This document shows, piece by piece, positions 59,054 to 64,000 of a stretch of DNA of 64,000 nt. The position numbers and the translations under genes were made by a program. This DNA comes from Kofleriaceae bacterium (GTDB lineage: Bacteria > Myxococcota_A > Polyangia > Haliangiales > Haliangiaceae). The DNA lies in contig JBKJLC010000037.1 of the NCBI GenBank assembly GCA_046597055.1, positions 64,001 through 128,000 of the forward strand. The letters run 5' to 3'. How positions within the stretch are numbered: position 1 is the stretch's first letter; each line of letters starts with the position of its first letter. Under the pieces are notes generated by a model, which was given only the letters and a program-made list of their open reading frames with translations, did no database searches and was not told the origin of the DNA.

Positions 59054-59789
59054 CCTCGCCGCGAGTCGTCGGAGCTCCGGTCGAGCCGCCGCGCGCCAGC
59101 TGGCGGGACCGGCCGTAGACGAGGGCGACGTAGAGGACGTCGAAGCAGAGGATGCCAGCGTAGAGCGTGAGGAGCAGCGGCGCGATCGGGTGGTAGGCCG
59201 CGGGGAGCAGCGCGTCCCAGTGCTCGTGGAGCGTCGGCGGCGACCAGAACAGGGCGAGCACGAACGCGAAGAAGCTGCCGAGCAGCTTGGCGACGCCGAT
59301 GGACACCGACTGGCCGCGCAGGCTGTCGCGGCGCAGGAACATGCACACGAACAGGATGGACATCATCAGGTTCTGGCCGAACGCGGCGTACCAGCCGATC
59401 GCGTCGTCGAGCTGGCGCACGAACGAGCCCAGGACGGCGAAGGCGAAGACGATGATGCCGGTCAGGCCCAGGTGGAAGTAGCGGACCACGAACGGGTGCG
59501 AGAAGTCGGCGCGTCCGTAGCGGAAGCACTGCACCAGGATGCCGAGATCGAGCAGCGTCCACGGCAGCAGCATGGCGAGCCGCGCGTCGTAGACGCCATG
59601 GTGGAGCGTGACGCCGAGGAAGATCAGCTCCCAGGACAGGTTCGCGGCCAGGGCGACCAGCGGCATGCCATAGGCGCGATCGCGCGCCGCCTGGCGGAGA
59701 ATGAGCACGTAGGTCAGGGTCCAGAACAGGCTGCTCAGCCCGCCGACGAGCAGTCCGAGCGTGTGATTGGCGTTGATGGCCGTGACCAT
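59022..59789 (-). CDS. Integral-membrane terpene cyclase (Pyr4/PaxB/XiaE-like)
   Basis: WTLTY..RDRAYGMPLVALAANLSWE, W.LLD, GQS..I...KLLGS; multi-TM, 255 aa. Confidence 0.75.
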   Translation of the reverse strand: MVTAINANHTLGLLVGGLSSLFWTLTYVLILRQAARDRAYGMPLVALAANLSWELIFLGVTLHHGVYDARLAMLLPWTLLDLGILVQCFRYGRADFSHPFVVRYFHLGLTGIIVFAFAVLGSFVRQLDDAIGWYAAFGQNLMMSILFVCMFLRRDSLRGQSVSIGVAKLLGSFFAFVLALFWSPPTLHEHWDALLPAAYHPIAPLLLTLYAGILCFDVLYVALVYGRSRQLARGGSTGAPTTRGEASVLPRRPDP

Positions 59790-59794
59790 GGGGC

Positions 59795-60829
59795 TCACGG
59801 CAGCCGGGGCGGCGTGGTCGGGGCGGTCGCGTGCAGGGCGACGTAGGGTTCGCCCGGGATGACCTTCTTGAACCTGACGTCGGTGAAGCCGGCCTCGCCC
59901 AGCTGGACCCGCAGCTCGGCCTCGGTCGGCAGCGGGCCCATCGCCGGTGTGCTGCTGGTCCACAGGTTGAGCACCCGCATCCCGGGCGAGCCGCCCTGGC
60001 ACGAGGTCGTGAGGATCAGCCGGCCGCCGGGCACCAGCCGCGCGGCCAGCATGCGCAGGAACGGCACGCGCTCGGCCGTGGCCAGGTAGTAGATGACGTT
60101 GTAGAGCGTGACGACGTCGAAGCGCGCCGCGCTCGCCAGGGCGCGCACGTCACCGGTCTCGATCTGCACGCGGTCGTGCAGGCCCCAGCGCGCGATGGCG
60201 ACGCGGCTGCTGGCGGCCACCTCCGGCTGCAGCTCGACCCCGACCGCCCGCAGCGCCGGGTTGCGACCGGCCGCGTACCGCAGGTAGGTCCCGGTGCCGC
60301 AGCCGACCTCGAGCAGGTGGATCGGGCCCGACGGCAGGGCCCAGTCGATCGCCTGGAAGACGAACGGCTCCATGATGCGCGAGGAGCGGGCGATCAGCGC
60401 GCCGTCGTGCTCGCTTGGTTCCCACCGGCGCCGGGCGCGCAGGCGGGTCGGGGTCTCGACGATGAGCCGGTGGTGGAAGGTGGCGACCTCCTCGACCAGC
60501 GCGGCGATCTCGTCGTTGTCGACCTCGGCGAGGCGGCGCACCAGGTAGCCCCGGAGCCGATAGCCGTGGCGGTCGAGGCCGAGCTCGCCGAGACCCACGC
60601 CGAGGTCAAGCCACGCAGCCAGCGAGGCGCGACCGCCGTCGCCGGGCGCCAGCTCCGCGGCCAGCGCGTCGAGCGACCGTGGGCCCGCTGCGAGCAGCCC
60701 GAGCAGGCCGCTGCGGACCGCGGCGGCGGCGAAGCTGAGCCGGTAGAACGGGGTGAACAGCTGGGTGACGTGCCACAGCAGGCGCAGTCGACCGCCGCGA
60801 ACCAGGGCGAGCGCGGTCTTGCCGTTCAT
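59795..60829 (-). CDS. Class I SAM-dependent methyltransferase with N-terminal wHTH/dimerisation domain
   Basis: LLEVGCGTG, GDV, NVIYY, PGG. Confidence 0.85.
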   Translation of the reverse strand: MNGKTALALVRGGRLRLLWHVTQLFTPFYRLSFAAAAVRSGLLGLLAAGPRSLDALAAELAPGDGGRASLAAWLDLGVGLGELGLDRHGYRLRGYLVRRLAEVDNDEIAALVEEVATFHHRLIVETPTRLRARRRWEPSEHDGALIARSSRIMEPFVFQAIDWALPSGPIHLLEVGCGTGTYLRYAAGRNPALRAVGVELQPEVAASSRVAIARWGLHDRVQIETGDVRALASAARFDVVTLYNVIYYLATAERVPFLRMLAARLVPGGRLILTTSCQGGSPGMRVLNLWTSSTPAMGPLPTEAELRVQLGEAGFTDVRFKKVIPGEPYVALHATAPTTPPRLP

Positions 60830-62187
60830 CAGGCCGACCTCAGGCGATCGGCCGCGGCCGCGGACCACCGGGCCACGAACCCGTCGCCGGTGGTCACCGC
60901 CGCCAGGTCGAGGCCCCCGAGCTCGCCGAGCCGCCGCAAGAAGGGCCGGAACAGCTCGCCGTGAAAGGCGGCGCCGAGCGCGGCCTCGTCGTACACGGCG
61001 AGCACCCGCAGGCCGCCGCGGAAGGTCGAGAACACCAGCATGATCTCCGCCGGCGCGAACAGCTGGGGGAAGGTCACGTAGTCGACGACCGCCGTGTCGC
61101 CGAAGCAGGGCAGGCGCGACGGACAGACGCCGGGATTGGTGAGCATGACGTTGCTCTTGAACAGCGCGGGCCACAGGCCGGCGAACCAGCGCTGCGGGAG
61201 CCACCGGCCGAACCCGGCGAACAGATCGTCGAAGCGCGCGGCGTGGCTGTAGATGTCGCCGTCACGCAGCCGCTCGATGGTCGCGGCGCAGCGGGTCAGC
61301 ACCTCGTCGTCGGTCCAGGCGGCGTCGAGCTCGACCGGGTACACCAGCGCCAGACAGTCGTAGCGGGGTGCCTGGTCGCCCCGGAGCGGCCGCACCGAGA
61401 AAAAATCCCACAGGCGCAGGCGCGCGCGCGCGACCCCGCGGCGGCGGTTGAAGTCGGTCGCGGTGCGCAGGAACGCCAGCTGGAAGAAGGCGTGGATCGA
61501 GCAGCCGCGGCGGCGGGCCGCCTGCCGGAGCTGGTCGGTCTCGGCCGGCGTGAGCGTGACGCGGGCCAGCTGGCGTCGGCCCGGCGCGGCGCGCCGCGGC
61601 GTGGCCAGGCCGCCGAACGGGGCGCGTAGATCGCGCGCGGTCTGCGCGACGCCGCGCGCGTGCGCCGCCAGCGCGTGGCGCCATCCGCGTGACCCTCGGT
61701 CGGGGCCCGGGGTGGCCGGGCTGGCCACCGACGCCAGCCCGGGGCCCGGTGCGCCCGGGGTCGCCCCGCGCCCACCATAGCTGGCAGCGATCTGCTCGGT
61801 CAGCAGATAGCAGGCGGTCGCGTCGGCGTGGACGTGGGTGTGGATCGTCTGGAAGTAGGTCTGGCCCGGCGTCTCGGTGACGTGGAACCGGACCGGCGCC
61901 GCGTCGGGCGCGAGCCGCTCGCTCCAGATGAGGCCGAGCAGGTGGTCGTCGACCCGCGCCGCGTCGTCGTCGGGCAGCGCGTGGAAGCGCAGCTGGAACG
62001 GCTGGCCGCGCAGGACCGGATGGCGGGCCAGGGTCGCGGTGATCGCCGCCCGCAGGCGGTCGTGGCCGAGCTTGCCAGCGAGGACGACGACGTCGCACGA
62101 GTTGGGGTTGACCACGGACCCGAGCGCCTCGAACAGCCAGTTGAGGGCGTGGGGCCGATGGTGGGTTGCGAGCGACGACAGGCGCAC
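60829..62187 (-). CDS. Condensation-domain/CoA-dependent acyltransferase-like protein
   Basis: RHPVLR, HVHADA (HxxxD), LTNPG. Confidence 0.65.
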   Translation of the reverse strand: MRLSSLATHHRPHALNWLFEALGSVVNPNSCDVVVLAGKLGHDRLRAAITATLARHPVLRGQPFQLRFHALPDDDAARVDDHLLGLIWSERLAPDAAPVRFHVTETPGQTYFQTIHTHVHADATACYLLTEQIAASYGGRGATPGAPGPGLASVASPATPGPDRGSRGWRHALAAHARGVAQTARDLRAPFGGLATPRRAAPGRRQLARVTLTPAETDQLRQAARRRGCSIHAFFQLAFLRTATDFNRRRGVARARLRLWDFFSVRPLRGDQAPRYDCLALVYPVELDAAWTDDEVLTRCAATIERLRDGDIYSHAARFDDLFAGFGRWLPQRWFAGLWPALFKSNVMLTNPGVCPSRLPCFGDTAVVDYVTFPQLFAPAEIMLVFSTFRGGLRVLAVYDEAALGAAFHGELFRPFLRRLGELGGLDLAAVTTGDGFVARWSAAAADRLRSA

Positions 62188-62190
62188 GGG

Positions 62191-63129
62191 TCACCGATCC
62201 AGCAGGAGATTGGCGAGCACGAGCGCGACGATGCCCGTGCGGATCACCAGGAAGCCGAGCCGGCGGGCCTGCAACCAGCGCCGCTGGCCCAGGCCGCACC
62301 ACAGCTGGTAGCCCTGGAGCGCCCAGACTGGTGTCAGCGCGAGCAGGTAGCCGCGCGGCAGGAGGCCGGTTGCCAGCGCGACGAGCCCGACCGCCGCCGA
62401 CGCGACGAACACGGCGAGGATGTAGCGACGGTTGCCGCGCTCGCTGGTCCGCGCCGCGATCGTCAGGCGCGCGGTCGCGCGGTCGCCGGCGGCGTCGTGG
62501 GTGTTCGAGAAGACCACGACCTGGGCGTGCCAGGCGCCGACCAGCGCGGCCTCGACCAGCAGGATTCCGCTCGGCTGGTGGGCGACCAGCGCGTAGGGAA
62601 TCAGCACGGTCCCGGCGGCGCCGACCCAGATCACCAGCTCGCCGGCGCCGTGGTAGCTCAGCTTCAGGCCGTACGAGTAGTTGACCGCCAGGAGCATCAT
62701 CGCCGGCATGGCGATCAGCAGCCAGGTCGGCAGCGGCCAGGCCAGCACCATCACGGCCGCGTAGGCCAGCGCGGCGACGACGCCGAGCAGATGGACGAAG
62801 CGAAACGCATGCTCCTCCGAGAGCTGACCGGTGAGGATCGGCTTGCGGACGCCCCAGCGAGCGTCGCCCTGGTGGGTGGCCTGGTCGACCCCGTCGCGCA
62901 CGCCGACGATGTCGTCGAGGCTGCAGGTCGCCGCGATCACCGCCACGCCGACCACCAGGATCGCCGCGAGGATCGTGAGCGCGCGCGCATCCTGGGTCGC
63001 CGCGGCGCCGAGCAGCGACACGCCCACGAAGAACCCGAGCCACAGCTCGACGATCCGGAGCTTGCCCAGCTCGAACCAGGCGCGCACCCGCTCGGCGGGC
63101 CCGCGCGTCCTCGGGGCGACCGCGGCCAT
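62191..63129 (-). CDS. UbiA-family prenyltransferase
   Basis: LDDIVG.RDGVD, KPI..G, NYSY.LKLSY.G.GE, NTHD..GD. Confidence 0.85.
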   Translation of the reverse strand: MAAVAPRTRGPAERVRAWFELGKLRIVELWLGFFVGVSLLGAAATQDARALTILAAILVVGVAVIAATCSLDDIVGVRDGVDQATHQGDARWGVRKPILTGQLSEEHAFRFVHLLGVVAALAYAAVMVLAWPLPTWLLIAMPAMMLLAVNYSYGLKLSYHGAGELVIWVGAAGTVLIPYALVAHQPSGILLVEAALVGAWHAQVVVFSNTHDAAGDRATARLTIAARTSERGNRRYILAVFVASAAVGLVALATGLLPRGYLLALTPVWALQGYQLWCGLGQRRWLQARRLGFLVIRTGIVALVLANLLLDR

Positions 63130-64000
63130 CAGGCGGGGTTCGGCCGGGTGTGGGCCACCGGGCGCAGCGCCTCGGCCACGAAGCGGTCGACCAGCGCGCG
63201 CAGCGCCGGCTCCTGGGCCAGGACCGGCGAGCGCTCGATGCCCATCAGCAGGTCGTCGATCCGCTGCCAGACCGCGGCCAGCGCGCCGTCGGCCGCGAAC
63301 CGGGCGATCACGTCCTCGATCGCGTCGCGCGCGGTCTCGGCCCGCGGTGCGGTCAGGATGCCGAGCAGCCAGGCGCGGTCGTCGGGGTGTAGCCGCAGGT
63401 GCTCGACCACGAACGCGGTCGCCTTGCCGCTCTGCGCCAGGTCGGAGCCCTTCATCTCGCGGCCGTTGTCGCCATAGAGGTCGAGGATGTCGTCCTGGAT
63501 CTGGAACAGCAGCCCGAGCGGGCGGAACGACGCCGCCAGCAGCGCCGCCGGCTCGGGCGAGCGCCCGGCGATCAGCGCCGCTCCCTCGATCGGCAACGAG
63601 AACAGCGCGGTGGTCTTGCCCTCCACGCAGGCCGCGTAGGCCTCCCAGGTGAGGGTGCCCGACGACAGGAGCTGGAGCTCGGCGGCCTGGCCCTCGACCA
63701 CCCGTCGCGCGGCCAGCGACACCAGCTGGGTGAGACGCCAGCGCAGGCCGTCGCTGACCGGGACCGCGCCGATCGCCAGGTAGCTGAGGACGATCGACAG
63801 GTCACCGGCGTTGATCGCCTGGGCGACGCCGTGGCGGGCCCACAGCGCGGGGCGACCGCGCCGGTAGCGATCGCCATCCTGGATGTCGTCGTGGATCAGC
63901 GAGGCGTTGTGGAGGAGCTCGCAGCAGGCCCCCCACGGCACGCCGTCTTCCATCCGTCCGCCGAGCGCGTTGACCGCGAACAGCGCCAGCCGCGCGCGCA
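63129..64000 (-). CDS. Polyprenyl diphosphate synthase (5' end beyond window)
   Basis: ELLHNASLIHDDIQDGD..RRG, GKT, FQIQDDILD; frame open to the window edge. Confidence 0.92.
   Translation of the reverse strand, partial: RARLALFAVNALGGRMEDGVPWGACCELLHNASLIHDDIQDGDRYRRGRPALWARHGVAQAINAGDLSIVLSYLAIGAVPVSDGLRWRLTQLVSLAARRVVEGQAAELQLLSSGTLTWEAYAACVEGKTTALFSLPIEGAALIAGRSPEPAALLAASFRPLGLLFQIQDDILDLYGDNGREMKGSDLAQSGKATAFVVEHLRLHPDDRAWLLGILTAPRAETARDAIEDVIARFAADGALAAVWQRIDDLLMGIERSPVLAQEPALRALVDRFVAEALRPVAHTRPNPA

Overview
Very GC-rich bacterial DNA. The gene content (many sigma54 promoters, NtrC/protoglobin signalling, Cys-rich lipoproteins) suggests Myxococcota; this is an inference. Left to right: (1) the 3' part of a porin/multiheme-cytochrome operon with about 48 visible heme motifs, including a 27-heme lipoprotein. 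(2) A ~17 kb island (5383-22570) bounded by att-like direct repeats with inner arm-like repeats. It carries a transposase remnant and a coupled five-gene, ~4,500-aa operon: a putative caspase-fold His/Cys protein, a DUF6603-type protein and three large uncharacterised proteins. This operon is the best candidate for an undescribed system. (3) A low-oxygen/NO module: protoglobin kinase plus NtrC-family activator, a qNor (norB) gene reduced to a 203-bp scar, nnrS, hemerythrin, USPs, a Cus-type RND pump and D-LDH. These are linked by GCGCA-N5-TGCGC boxes and sigma54 promoters, many apparently leaderless. (4) TerC/NhaR, two-component genes, HU, and a eukaryote-like poly(A)-polymerase-type nucleotidyltransferase coupled to a MYG1 nuclease. 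(5) A meroterpenoid-type cluster running off the right edge. No rRNA, tRNA or CRISPR array was recognised. Family calls come from motif recognition by eye, not from database searches.
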